DNA of 64,000 bases from a virus. The notes under the pieces are model-generated. The model ran no database searches. It was not told the origin of the DNA and saw only the letters and a list, made by a program, of their open reading frames with translations. The translations under genes and the position numbers were made by a program. The stretch lies in the IMG/VR virus record IMGVR_UViG_3300027708_000023; one strand, 5' to 3'. Below, one piece after another: positions 9,442 through 19,313 of this stretch (position 1 is its first letter; every line of letters begins with the position of its first letter).

Positions 9442-9863
9442 CCTAAGTGTTCATATACGCTATCGTTTATATTTTTCATTACACTAGAATCTGTAAAGGC
9501 TTTGCCTATAGCAATTCTAAATCGATATCTAGTAAAAACATCTAATGTTTCTACTCCTTCTGTTTCCTCAATAATTTCTGCTACTCTATGGGTAATAGAA
9601 AAGTTTGTGTGTCCCATCCAAAAGTTAAAGATTTTACTGCTAGAAGTATTTTCTGTTATGGGTATGATTCCCATGGGGGTTGCCATTACTCTGATTGAAG
9701 ATGCTTTTTTACTGTTTTTGTCTTCATCTTCGTCTATTCCCCCTTCTGCTTTAATAGCATTATTCTCTTCATCATAAAATTCTGGTTCTAATTGATCTAG
9801 AATCTCCTCGTCATCTGAACCAAAAGGGTCCATCCATTTTTGCCATATTATTAGATTTTGCAT
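9438..9863 (-). CDS. Hypothetical phage protein
   Basis: Coupled ORF; FWMGHTNF and TRYRFRIAIGKAF motifs. Confidence 0.75.
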   Translation of the reverse strand: MQNLIIWQKWMDPFGSDDEEILDQLEPEFYDEENNAIKAEGGIDEDEDKNSKKASSIRVMATPMGIIPITENTSSSKIFNFWMGHTNFSITHRVAEIIEETEGVETLDVFTRYRFRIAIGKAFTDSSVMKNINDSVYEHLG

Positions 9864-9925
9864 TTTGTTATATTGTTAGAGGACAGAGCCTAAAACTATT
9901 ATAAGATGAGCTTGCTTTTAGGCAA

Positions 9926-10351
9926 TCACGAACGGAATACGGCTGATGGTCTTACTAGCGGATGATTAGATTTTGACCTTTTTGTCTTTAAGTTCTCCAC
10001 ATGAGACAAACCCCAGAATACTAATATGTTCTCTAAAAAAAGTTTTTCTCTTTCGTCTTCAGCTTTATCTATTATTCCATTAATAAACTTGACTATTTTA
10101 GGAGCTAATATTCCATCATTAATTAGTGATAATAATTCAGCATAATCTTCTGATAGTTTTGTCATGCTTCCAACAGACAAAGAAGAAATCTCTGGAGTAT
10201 AACAGGATATATCTATTGTTTTGTCTTTATTTAGTTTGAATGTTACGGCACCTATAGATTCATCGTCATCTATCTCTTTTTTTGAAGAGGGCGTGATGTT
10301 TGGTTTGGTGTTTAACAAAGAAACCAGATATGAGACGATTTGTTTTATCAT
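9926..10351 (-). CDS. Hypothetical protein
   Basis: Coupled to the sigma-factor gene. Confidence 0.7.
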   Translation of the reverse strand: MIKQIVSYLVSLLNTKPNITPSSKKEIDDDESIGAVTFKLNKDKTIDISCYTPEISSLSVGSMTKLSEDYAELLSLINDGILAPKIVKFINGIIDKAEDEREKLFLENILVFWGLSHVENLKTKRSKSNHPLVRPSAVFRS

Positions 10352-10944
10352 GTGTTTATGGTATCATAACTCTTGATTGTTTCTAGTCCTCGTTTAATAT
10401 TTTGTCTAACCGCCTCTCTAGATACTCCAAACTCTTTGCCTATTTCAGAAAGTGTCTTATCTTCAAAGTAATACATCTGAATCTGTTTCTTCTGCTTATC
10501 GCTTAATAGATTATTGTCTAATAAATTAGTAATACATTTACTAAGATTATCAGTATATTCACTATCAATTACTATATCAAGAGGAGATCGAGCTTTATTA
10601 TCTTTAATAGTAGAGTCTAGAAACGTATCGTCTTCTAATTCAAAATCTAAACTAGATACTTTATGTTGCCTATACTTGTTTGTAACATAAGTCTTGATAG
10701 CCCAAATAGCGCACTGATTTCTGTAGGAATATAAGGTTTTCTGCAAACCTGTTTTTCCTTTTCTGTTTTCATCATATCTCCAATCAGCATACATTAACGC
10801 TGTTGCTATATCAGATATGGCTTCTTCGCTTTTGAGCATTTCTACAGATAAACCGTTGTAGAATTTAGGGGCAAACTTGGATATGGTTTTTTTAGCCAAA
10901 TTAATATAGAAAGATAGAGGCTCAAAGTTTTTATTTTGTAACAT
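10348..10944 (-). CDS. Phage-encoded sigma70-family sigma factor (regions 2 and 4)
   Basis: LSDKQKKQIQMYYFEDKTLSEIGKEFGVSREAVRQ region-4 HTH; ADWRYD...LYSY region 2; start taken at MLQNKNF after AAGGA. Confidence 0.85.
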   Translation of the reverse strand: MLQNKNFEPLSFYINLAKKTISKFAPKFYNGLSVEMLKSEEAISDIATALMYADWRYDENRKGKTGLQKTLYSYRNQCAIWAIKTYVTNKYRQHKVSSLDFELEDDTFLDSTIKDNKARSPLDIVIDSEYTDNLSKCITNLLDNNLLSDKQKKQIQMYYFEDKTLSEIGKEFGVSREAVRQNIKRGLETIKSYDTINT

Positions 10945-11018
10945 AGTTTCCTTGGTCTTGGTTGTCATTTTTGTCCTGTTTGTCCTGTTTGTCCTAGTTG
11001 TTTTCTTTTTACAAACTT

Positions 11019-12026
11019 TTACTTTTGTTTGTTTTCTTTTGTTAACTTTTTCCATGTCTTTGTATCCGGTCTGTCCTTGTCTCCTGTCTTTGCTGGTTTA
11101 TAGTTTTTACCTTCTCTTTCTTTTTTTCTTCTTATGTTTTCCCATAATCCTGGTCTGTCTGCAGCTGGTGCTGCTGGTGTGGATATTGATGGACTTTCGC
11201 TAGGAGTTTCATTAGTCTCGGTTGTTAGTTCATTATTTTCGTTTGGCTCTTCATGAGATTCATGCTCGTTCTGTTCATTATGAGGCATATTAACATGAGT
11301 TATGATAGTAGGTAATCCTCTATATAAAAGATTGACAGCTGGTTTCTCTTTATGATGATGTTTGCGATGACGATCTATTTCTTTGCGAGCTGCCTCTGTT
11401 TCTTCACTATCGTCTTCAGAGTCATAAAACTTTACAAAATCGTGAATCGTACCCATATTGTCATCAACAACAGCAATCATACCCTGAAGCCAGGGTTCTG
11501 TCAAATTTTCTTTTACTCGCTCCAGATCAGAATTGTTTAAAATATCAGATACATTATGTAGTATCTTATTTAAAGAGCCTAGTACCATTTGAAGATACTC
11601 TGTTTTATATTCATCAAGCTCCAACATACTATCATCGTCAGATTCATCTTCAATATCATCGGCCTCATTTGTATTTTGTGGGTCCGGATTCAATATTAGT
11701 CTATCGTCAAAAATAGTATCAGATTTTGATTTTATATCTAATTTTTCTTTACTTGTTTCTGGTAATGCAGCAACGAATTCTGATCCTTTTCTTTTGCACA
11801 TATTATACAATTTATTTAAAAAAGCATCATAACTCATCTTGCCACTCATTCTTCCATAATTACTAATAGCATCTTTTACGTCTGCTGGAGTAGTTATTGG
11901 AAAAGAACGAGTTTCTGGAAAAAGAAAATCACTATCTTTAAGATCATTTCTTTTTTTGCCGTCAAATGTCTTTTGTGCAGAGACGGACTTTTGTATACCA
12001 TTTAATATGTTATGAATTCTATCCAT
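11019..12026 (-). CDS. Modular acidic phage protein (DUF6582-like N-terminal motif), possible head/internal protein
   Basis: LKDSDFLFPETRSFPI motif; C-terminal PGLWENIRRKKER motif. Confidence 0.65.
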   Translation of the reverse strand: MDRIHNILNGIQKSVSAQKTFDGKKRNDLKDSDFLFPETRSFPITTPADVKDAISNYGRMSGKMSYDAFLNKLYNMCKRKGSEFVAALPETSKEKLDIKSKSDTIFDDRLILNPDPQNTNEADDIEDESDDDSMLELDEYKTEYLQMVLGSLNKILHNVSDILNNSDLERVKENLTEPWLQGMIAVVDDNMGTIHDFVKFYDSEDDSEETEAARKEIDRHRKHHHKEKPAVNLLYRGLPTIITHVNMPHNEQNEHESHEEPNENNELTTETNETPSESPSISTPAAPAADRPGLWENIRRKKEREGKNYKPAKTGDKDRPDTKTWKKLTKENKQK

Positions 12027-12040
12027 TATAAATATCCCTA

Positions 12041-12592
12041 TTAAACTTGTAGTGTTAAGAAATTATCTATGCCCATTTGCTCAATCAGCTTTAAAAAACC
12101 CTCATAAAGAATAATACCATCTTCACTGCCTTCTAATAGCTCAATAAACATGTTGGCGGTTATCTCATCTCCTACTGCTCTAGCAGCAACTATTGTTGCT
12201 CTCTCTGCTGCTGATGCTTCTCTTACTGAAGCAAGATTATAATTGATCATAGCAACCATATCGTGTCTTTTCCAGACGGGAGGATTTAGTACTAATGGTT
12301 GGTAATCAGCATCAAAAAATTCTAATCTTTTAATGTTGATTGCGGCATGTGTTTGTTCTTGGATAGCGTCCTCTTTGATGATTGCTGCTAATTTCTTGTA
12401 TCCCCATCTTTCAAGATGTTCTGCTTGTGCTGTTAAAACAGTGGTCTGTTGCCAGTGGATATTGAGTGATTTTTTAATTAATTCAATAACAGCATCAGAT
12501 GAGTATCCTTGAACTTCTTGTGATATTGCTTTGTTATCCATCTTGTGCTCTCCCTTTTGTTCGTTGATTAGTTCTTGTATAGTTTTATTCAT
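12041..12592 (-). CDS. Bacterioferritin-fold protein
   Basis: RWGYKKLA, EQTHA..IKRL, KLIEQMGIDNFL match Bfr helices. Confidence 0.8.
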   Translation of the reverse strand: MNKTIQELINEQKGEHKMDNKAISQEVQGYSSDAVIELIKKSLNIHWQQTTVLTAQAEHLERWGYKKLAAIIKEDAIQEQTHAAINIKRLEFFDADYQPLVLNPPVWKRHDMVAMINYNLASVREASAAERATIVAARAVGDEITANMFIELLEGSEDGIILYEGFLKLIEQMGIDNFLTLQV

Positions 12593-12621
12593 AATTAGAA
12601 ATACTCTTTTTGTAGTTTATA

Positions 12622-13131
12622 TTACCAACTCTTACATGCCCAGTATCGAGCTTTCCATTTTGGACCAGGACTATCACATCTCATTCTAGCTCTAAAGCTT
12701 TTTCTTCTTGCGGGAATATCTTTTTTGATTTCCATATTTGGGTCACCAAAATTTACTTTGACAACATTACCACTGCCATTTTTTACATAAACGCTAAATT
12801 TTTTAGGACCGTCAGGTGTTCTAAAAGGTTTATTAAGCGTAACTTTACGGCCATTTTTTTCGGCAGCTATCAACTTTTCATCTTCATCATAAATATTAAA
12901 TGCTTCAACATTATATACAAACTCATCCCATTCTTCATCATATTCTTGACTAGACAATATTACATTTTGAACTTCATTCAATAAGCAGTTTTCTTCTCCC
13001 TTAGTTTGGCCCAAGCAAACAGCTATTCTTTGTTTGCTGTCGCCATAGTCTTTTTTCATCGTTTCATCGCCCATACAGCGTGAAACAAAGGCGTTTTTAT
13101 CTTCATTGGGTTTTGGTGAGGGAATCGGCAT
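12622..13131 (-). CDS. Conserved phage protein (DUF6321-like C-terminus)
   Basis: MPIPSPKPNE..FVSRCM N-terminus; KVTLNKPFRTP...RRKSFRARMRC...YWACKSW. Confidence 0.7.
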   Translation of the reverse strand: MPIPSPKPNEDKNAFVSRCMGDETMKKDYGDSKQRIAVCLGQTKGEENCLLNEVQNVILSSQEYDEEWDEFVYNVEAFNIYDEDEKLIAAEKNGRKVTLNKPFRTPDGPKKFSVYVKNGSGNVVKVNFGDPNMEIKKDIPARRKSFRARMRCDSPGPKWKARYWACKSW

Positions 13132-13153
13132 TTTAAAACTCCTGTGTGAGATA

Positions 13154-14221
13154 TTAGTTTATACACCCAGAGATTTTATCGGCTGAGTTTTTCCAAGAAT
13201 AAATTTGAGCCGTTTTTAAACCATTTTCATTAGAATTGAGCCTATTCTCATAAGCATATCTCATATATTCTATTATGGTTTTTTTCTCTTGTGGTCCAAT
13301 TTTAGCCCAATTACCCTGCCCATAAAATGCTTTGCCATCAACAGCTTTTTCTGTTGCTGCTATGTCCACCAACATACTATTTTGGGGAGTACAGAATTCT
13401 GTATGACTAGAATAATTTGTTGCAATAGCAGGTTTGTTCATGGCCATTGTTTCCAAAAGCTCTAAATTCCAACCTTCTGCTCTAGAGATATATATTCCAC
13501 AATTACTATTAGCTATGAGTTGAGCTACGTCTTTATGGGTCTTAACTCCAGAGATAACTTTCATATTAGGAAAACTATACAAATTTTTCCATTCTTTTAT
13601 TTCTTCTTCTTTTGAATAGTTATTAGTATGTTCTGCTGCTAGTATCCACAATTCAACATCTTTTTCATCTGGAAATGCCTGCTTAAATAAAACAGGAATA
13701 AGGTCGTGGGACTTGCGAGCTTCCCATTTGCCTATTGTCAAGAAAACGTATTTATTGTCATATATCGTTTTTGGTAGTTGATAATCAAAAACCTTTGTAT
13801 CAACACCAAGAGGAACAACATCTATAGGACAATTTATCCCATTATTTATTAAAACGTCCTTGGACCATTTTGATGTTGCCATTAGATGATCTGGTATGCT
13901 TAAATGTTTTTTCTCAAGATCATTTAAGGTATCTAGTTCAAAAAAGGGATATGCATAATATTTGCCTTTTCCGAAATGATTACCCAAATCAAATTGGTGC
14001 CATATTTTTAGATATGGAGCATAGATATCTATATCTGTAACTTTTGAAGATCTTTCTAGGATAGACACTAGCGCATCATATTCTTCTTGTGTGTTTACCG
14101 TTGGTTCTCCTATGGGAAAATATGATATGTCGTTAAGACTTGCTAGTTCTCTCAGAATATTATAAGATGCTATTCCATATCCTGTATTATTGATCGGGCA
14201 AGAGAGATTAATTCTTTTCAT
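13154..14221 (-). CDS. GT-B (GT4-like) glycosyltransferase
   Basis: TGYG start, VVPLGVD, GKWEARK, SRAEGWNLELLETMA. Confidence 0.85.
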   Translation of the reverse strand: MKRINLSCPINNTGYGIASYNILRELASLNDISYFPIGEPTVNTQEEYDALVSILERSSKVTDIDIYAPYLKIWHQFDLGNHFGKGKYYAYPFFELDTLNDLEKKHLSIPDHLMATSKWSKDVLINNGINCPIDVVPLGVDTKVFDYQLPKTIYDNKYVFLTIGKWEARKSHDLIPVLFKQAFPDEKDVELWILAAEHTNNYSKEEEIKEWKNLYSFPNMKVISGVKTHKDVAQLIANSNCGIYISRAEGWNLELLETMAMNKPAIATNYSSHTEFCTPQNSMLVDIAATEKAVDGKAFYGQGNWAKIGPQEKKTIIEYMRYAYENRLNSNENGLKTAQIYSWKNSADKISGCIN

Positions 14222-15348
14222 TTTTCGTATGTTTTTGTATGAGTATTGTTAACCATTATGAATGTAGTCTTTTTACCAAAGTCCTTCATTCTTGACGCTC
14301 CAATATATGTGCAAGCACTTCTTAGTCCTCCAAAAATATCTAATAGAACATCACTAACGGGGCCTTTGTATGCGACACTAACGCATCTGCCTTCGCTTGT
14401 TCTATAGTTTGCAACTCCATTATTGTGTTTTTCCATGGCTTCTTTACTACTCATGCCATAGAATTTAAGTTTTGTTTTTCTTTTGGGTCCATCATGACCA
14501 GGATAAAAAGGTTGCCAAAATGGTTCTGCTAATGCTACTCCAAATCCAGACTGGTATTCGTATTCCCAGTCTCCTTCGCACTCATCACATCCCGCGAAGA
14601 AGTTACCGCACATTACAAAATCAGCATTACTACCAAATACTTTGCATATATCTCCAACGTGTTTACAACCACCATCTCCACAAATATGACCTCCGTGACC
14701 ATGAGCAGCATCAGAGCATTCTAGACAGGCAGAAATTTGACCATAGCCAACTCCTGTTTTTAGTCTTGTTGTACAAACAGATCCTGGTCCTATTCCTACC
14801 TTAACTATATCAACCTTACCATGTAAGATCAATTCTTCTACCATTTCTGGAGTTACTACGTTTCCAGCCATTATTACTATGTCTTCGTATAGCCTTCTTA
14901 TGTGTGCTACTGTTTTAACGAACTTCTCACTGTAGCCATTAGCAACATCAACACAAACATTTGGGAGATCACACCCTTTTTCTCTGAGAGCATTAAATAC
15001 AAAAGTTAGTTTTTCAATATCTGACGATGATGTTCCTGTAGAATAAAATGTTAATTCTTTATGGTCGTTTTGACTGTTTTGGTAATAATTTATTAACTCT
15101 TCTGGTTTGTAGTGTTTGTGTAATGCTACCATTCCATCATTATGACAAACTGAATTTGCCATAGCAAAAGTGCCTGTTGTGTCCATATTTGCTACAACAA
15201 CAGGGATAGCTGAAAATTTTCTAGGAGAGTGTTTGAAATGAAAATCTCTTATCAGACAAACTTCTGATCTGCTAGATAGCGTGGATCTTTTGGGCCTAAT
15301 AAGAACATCATCAAAGTCTAGTTTTATCTCATTTATGATTTTTTGCAT
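14218..15348 (-). CDS. guaC: GMP reductase
   Basis: LDFDDVLIRPKRS, ANMDTTG, DVANGYS, KVGIGPGSVCTTR, FYGMSS, YRTSEG. Confidence 0.95.
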   Translation of the reverse strand: MQKIINEIKLDFDDVLIRPKRSTLSSRSEVCLIRDFHFKHSPRKFSAIPVVVANMDTTGTFAMANSVCHNDGMVALHKHYKPEELINYYQNSQNDHKELTFYSTGTSSSDIEKLTFVFNALREKGCDLPNVCVDVANGYSEKFVKTVAHIRRLYEDIVIMAGNVVTPEMVEELILHGKVDIVKVGIGPGSVCTTRLKTGVGYGQISACLECSDAAHGHGGHICGDGGCKHVGDICKVFGSNADFVMCGNFFAGCDECEGDWEYEYQSGFGVALAEPFWQPFYPGHDGPKRKTKLKFYGMSSKEAMEKHNNGVANYRTSEGRCVSVAYKGPVSDVLLDIFGGLRSACTYIGASRMKDFGKKTTFIMVNNTHTKTYEK

Positions 15349-15349
15349 T

Positions 15350-15760
15350 TTATAGTTCTATTTTTTTCTTGTTTAAGAAATACATTGGTCCATAAGATAT
15401 GTATATTTCTTGATTTGCTTCTATGTCTTTGATGGCTGTAATATCTGCTGTTAAATTAGTATAATCAAAACTAATCATAGCGTTTGCGTTATCTTGATGA
15501 TTATATACCATTCCATAACCTAGTACCATATACAGATAATGTCCATGATTATTGCAGTTATCACATGGTTTACAGTGTTTAGCATAAACATAATCTAAAA
15601 GTTTTAGGTCACAATGGTATTTTGATGGGAAATCTAGTGGGATTATGGGACATCTTTCAATAAGATCATTTTCATTAATCTGATCTGTTGAAAATACTCC
15701 TCTTCCATGTATCTCTGAATCATTGACTATTATTTTGCGATATTTTTGAAATATATTCAT
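15350..15760 (-). CDS. SET-domain protein (lysine methyltransferase fold)
   Basis: SEIHGRGVF, YNHQDNAN, DIEANQEIYISYG. Confidence 0.85.
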   Translation of the reverse strand: MNIFQKYRKIIVNDSEIHGRGVFSTDQINENDLIERCPIIPLDFPSKYHCDLKLLDYVYAKHCKPCDNCNNHGHYLYMVLGYGMVYNHQDNANAMISFDYTNLTADITAIKDIEANQEIYISYGPMYFLNKKKIEL

Positions 15761-15960
15761 TTCTGTATTTCTTTTAGGAAAGGATCAATGTCATAACATT
15801 CCAGATTGGTAGACCATCCTGTTTCTGATAAGCATATTTTTTCTACTGTCAACAGTCCTTTTCCATAAAATTTAGCTAATATGAATAATATGGCAGATCT
15901 GTGGTCTGGGTGATCCAGTATTGACTTGATCTGTCCTGATTGAACATAATATTTAGGCAT
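15757..15960 (-). CDS. Small hypothetical protein
   Basis: Coupled ORF. Confidence 0.65.
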   Translation of the reverse strand: MPKYYVQSGQIKSILDHPDHRSAILFILAKFYGKGLLTVEKICLSETGWSTNLECYDIDPFLKEIQK

Positions 15961-15963
15961 GTT

Positions 15964-16509
15964 CTATACAGAGAAAAAATACCATCTCTTATGCGTATCT
16001 ATGTTTTCTGAGGTGTGTATATGCATAAGATATGATCTAATCTCATCCCATGTAGAAAAAATAGTCTGGTGAGGAATTGTACCAAAAAGCCAGTCGGGTG
16101 TTTGTATTTTACCCTGAACCATATGAACTATAATAGGTTTTTTCTGTCTGTTTGCCCAGAAAATCTCTTCTAGTGTACCACAAGGATGAACATTAAGATC
16201 CAGATTTACTATCATAAAATCACTAATGTCAACAAGTCGTAAATCTACAGACCGTATAGTTTTCATCATGGCAGATAGTTCGTCATACCTAGCCTGCTGT
16301 TTCAACTTTGTTTTAATAAGATGGGTATCTTGATCTTCTAATCCTATATTTGTTGGTTTAGTAATTGGATTAAAGACCTCTATGCCCATTTCTTCAAGAA
16401 AAGGAGTTATGTTATCTCTCCATGTCGCTCCTCTGTCTGGAACTCTATCCATAGCTCCAGCAAGATATACTCTTTGATTATTTAATCTGTTTATATTATT
16501 ATTTGACAT
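15964..16509 (-). CDS. Nucleoside 2-deoxyribosyltransferase / Rcl-like N-glycosidase
   Basis: VYLAG, VFNP, DLRLVDISD, GTLEEIFWA. Confidence 0.8.
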   Translation of the reverse strand: MSNNNINRLNNQRVYLAGAMDRVPDRGATWRDNITPFLEEMGIEVFNPITKPTNIGLEDQDTHLIKTKLKQQARYDELSAMMKTIRSVDLRLVDISDFMIVNLDLNVHPCGTLEEIFWANRQKKPIIVHMVQGKIQTPDWLFGTIPHQTIFSTWDEIRSYLMHIHTSENIDTHKRWYFFSV

Positions 16510-17176
16510 ATTTTACGGTTGCTCTTAGTCCACCATTTTCTATAACTTCAAAATGTTCAGCTTTGTATTCCATTGCTACTCTCTCTAGCCAACTAATGGT
16601 TGGATAGAAATAGTTTGTTGGATCATTATCATGACCAGGACGATATTCTAGTACGGATTTATGGAAATCTGATATGGCTGTTTCAACTAAAATTATACCA
16701 CCAGAAGGAATCAAAGAAAATAAGTTTTCCATTGCTTTTAGCGGTGACTTAAGGTGATATAGAATACCATAACACATACAAAAATTAAAATTGTGCTTAT
16801 TAGCTAGCTCAAGAACAGCGTTAGTATTTTCTATATTTAGTTCTTCTAGATTTATTTTTGAATTAAGCTTATATTTAGCATAATGAAAACCTAGTCCTTC
16901 TCTTTTATTTCCTCCTGGTTCTTGTAAGAGATCTGTTGCTAAGACAAACTCAGCCCCTCTTTTTTCTGCCTCGAAAGAAAAGAAACCATCCCATGCTCCA
17001 ATGTCTATGCACCTATATCCAGACATATCTTTTGGCATACCAAATCTTGTAGTAGGCCAATCTCCTCCATCTGGACCATGAAAAACATTGCCAGGAGTTA
17101 GGCTACCATCAGGGAGTTCAATTCGATGCCACCAGAATGAGGGTTGTTTTGGTTCTGTAGGTTCTTGATTATCCAT
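16499..17176 (-). CDS. Class I SAM-dependent methyltransferase (DUF1698-like)
   Basis: WWHRIEL, IDIGAWDGFFSF, GILYHLKSP. Confidence 0.85.
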   Translation of the reverse strand: MDNQEPTEPKQPSFWWHRIELPDGSLTPGNVFHGPDGGDWPTTRFGMPKDMSGYRCIDIGAWDGFFSFEAEKRGAEFVLATDLLQEPGGNKREGLGFHYAKYKLNSKINLEELNIENTNAVLELANKHNFNFCMCYGILYHLKSPLKAMENLFSLIPSGGIILVETAISDFHKSVLEYRPGHDNDPTNYFYPTISWLERVAMEYKAEHFEVIENGGLRATVKYVK

Positions 17177-17242
17177 ATTGATTATATTCCTTATTTAGGT
17201 GACGTATTGAAATTATAGTATTACAAAAGAATTAGTATGCCA

Positions 17243-17755
17243 TTAACCAATCTTTTTAAGAACCAAATACCAGCAGTATGCTCCAGCTTCAGGTTGTTCA
17301 AAAATTGTTTCCCACTGACCAATAGTGTGAGCAACTTGCTTAAATGTCTCAAGAGAAAAATCTTGTTCTTTATGTGCTGCGTTTGCGGTCACTGACGAAT
17401 TATTTTTACAAAAAGATTCGTATCTTTGTTGGTCTGGACAGTTGGTAATAAGCAAGCCCCCAGACCTTAGAATTCTTCTCCATTCTGTTAAAATTGGTAC
17501 TAATTCAGCATAAGTAAAATCTTCTAATACGTGAGAGCTGTAAATATAGTCTAGAGCATTATCGCAAATAAAACTAAGATTTCTACAATCCCCTCTTAAT
17601 ATTTGTTTGTGTTTCTCTTGATAGAAAGCATATGGTTGGGGCAAATCGAAAGTAATCGCAGAATCTACTATTGCAGAACCTCCGAACCCAATATCCAGTC
17701 CTAAACCAGAACAAAATGAAGATAGGACCGATCTTGCGATTGCTGTTTCGCTCAA
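17243..17755 (-). CDS. Class I SAM-dependent methyltransferase
   Basis: GLDIGFG, DYIYSSHVLED, EWRRILRSGG. Confidence 0.8.
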   Translation of the reverse strand: MSETAIARSVLSSFCSGLGLDIGFGGSAIVDSAITFDLPQPYAFYQEKHKQILRGDCRNLSFICDNALDYIYSSHVLEDFTYAELVPILTEWRRILRSGGLLITNCPDQQRYESFCKNNSSVTANAAHKEQDFSLETFKQVAHTIGQWETIFEQPEAGAYCWYLVLKKIG

Positions 17756-17917
17756 TTTTTTCTCCTAGTCATGATCACAGAATAAATAAGAAATTAGATT
17801 TTTAGAAGATTTGACTCCGGGACGTTTGCCTAAACGAAAATCTCTATCTTCTTTAATGGCTGAATAAATACCACCAATAATACCTATTCCAAATAGTAAA
17901 GCTAATCCAAAATCCAT
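17753..17917 (-). CDS. Small single-TM protein (not in ORF track)
   Basis: MDFGLALLFGIGIIGGIYSAIKE...; AGGAG RBS; stop overlaps next start. Confidence 0.6.
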
Positions 17918-17970
17918 GTTATTGCTCCTTGTAAGAGGTAATACAAGTAATAGTACTCGATCCGTCTGGT

Positions 17971-18543
17971 TTAGGCAAGTACATTTTTTTCTGGATACAG
18001 TAGTGTTAAAGCGGCTTCGGCTATATGTTCTGGTGGTATCTTATTTATCATGCCATGGGGATCATTATTCTCAAATATTGGTTTTTGATTTGTGTATCTA
18101 TAAGCCTCAAATAAATAAACATCATCTGTTTTAGAAAAGTATGGTCCTGTATTTTTAGCATATTGAGGATATAATGCTACAATTTTTTTATTATAGTGAG
18201 AAGCTAAATGTACTGGAAAGCTATCAAACCCCAAGTGCATATCTGAGTTTTTGATTAAATATGCCAGACTATTATAAGATGTTTTGCCTAAAAAAGAAGT
18301 ATTAATATCATACCTAAAATCATCTTCTCCACCAACCTGTACTATTTCATGTTGAAATCGTGGATCTTTTTTTAGAGTTGATACGACCTTATTCCAGTGA
18401 AGATACTGTCTAGCTGTACCTTTGGGATTATATGCGTGTAATGTTATGTATTTGTTTTTTGGAAGCTCTATAGCCTTCTCTTGTATAAAACACTGATCAA
18501 TAAAGCAACCACAAGTTAAAGCATACGATTCAATTAGATGCAT
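17971..18543 (-). CDS. GT9 heptosyltransferase-like, C-terminal half
   Basis: LGKTS...LIKNSDMHLGFDSFPVHLAS...IVALY. Confidence 0.8.
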   Translation of the reverse strand: MHLIESYALTCGCFIDQCFIQEKAIELPKNKYITLHAYNPKGTARQYLHWNKVVSTLKKDPRFQHEIVQVGGEDDFRYDINTSFLGKTSYNSLAYLIKNSDMHLGFDSFPVHLASHYNKKIVALYPQYAKNTGPYFSKTDDVYLFEAYRYTNQKPIFENNDPHGMINKIPPEHIAEAALTLLYPEKNVLA

Positions 18544-18934
18544 TGTTCTCTCTTTTTAGAGGTAATAGGATGTTTGTTTTTCCGTTATTTAAATAATTTG
18601 TGTGTATTTGTGTGGATGCTGCAATCTGTATAGAAATATCAAATAATCCAGGCCAATCTCCTGTTCCTTCCATTAAAACCTGATGCATCATTATTTTGCT
18701 ATATTCTATAGTTTTGTAAATGTATGGATTATTATCTAGTATATCAAAAAATTGTTGATGACAAGCATAATATAGGTCATGGTTTGGATATGCTTCTTTG
18801 ATACTCGGAAGCAAAGATGTAGACAAAAATATGTCTCCCGCACTTTCTGGTAAACATAATAGTATTCTAGGTTTTGCAGAAATATCTAGTTGGTTTTCAA
18901 CTATGGCTAGTTGTGCTTGTATTGCTGGTGTCAT
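18530..18934 (-). CDS. GT9 heptosyltransferase-like, N-terminal half
   Basis: RILL...SAGDIFLSTSLLPSIKEAYP...DILDNNPYI. Confidence 0.75.
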   Translation of the reverse strand: MTPAIQAQLAIVENQLDISAKPRILLCLPESAGDIFLSTSLLPSIKEAYPNHDLYYACHQQFFDILDNNPYIYKTIEYSKIMMHQVLMEGTGDWPGLFDISIQIAASTQIHTNYLNNGKTNILLPLKRENNASN

Positions 18935-19313
18935 TTATAATCTGAGAGGTTGATAGTGAGGGTATTCTGGTAAAAAAAATAGTTTGTTTTACTAGTTCGG
19001 AGCCTATTACTAGCTTAGTCTTATAGTCATCTCCAACAACTATGGAGTCAATATTGTGTTCTTTAATGAGGCTTTTAAGTTTATCACTAGTGTCGAATAT
19101 GTAAACTTCATCTATATATTTGATCGATTCTAAAATTTCTTTTCGGTATTGTTCGTTATTGATTGGCCTATTATTTCCTTTAAGTTCTTTGACTCTATTG
19201 TCGCTGTCTATTCCGACTATTAGTTTATTTCCTAACGATTTAGCATATTGAAATAATCTGATATGACCCAGATGCAATATATCATAGCATCCGTTTGTCC
19301 AAATATTTTTCAA
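18897..19313 (-). CDS. hldC: Heptose-1-phosphate adenylyltransferase (HldE domain II / HldC)
   Basis: TNGCYDILHLGH, VGIDSD..VKELKG..RPIN, GDDY, STS. Confidence 0.85.
   Translation of the reverse strand: MKNIWTNGCYDILHLGHIRLFQYAKSLGNKLIVGIDSDNRVKELKGNNRPINNEQYRKEILESIKYIDEVYIFDTSDKLKSLIKEHNIDSIVVGDDYKTKLVIGSELVKQTIFFTRIPSLSTSQIINDTSNTSTTSHS

Noticed and set aside
10945-11055. N-terminal extension of the sigma factor in the ORF track
   Set aside because: Low-complexity, overlaps the upstream gene; a better RBS precedes MLQNKNF. Similar over-extensions were trimmed for the ligase, glycosylase and endonuclease VII genes
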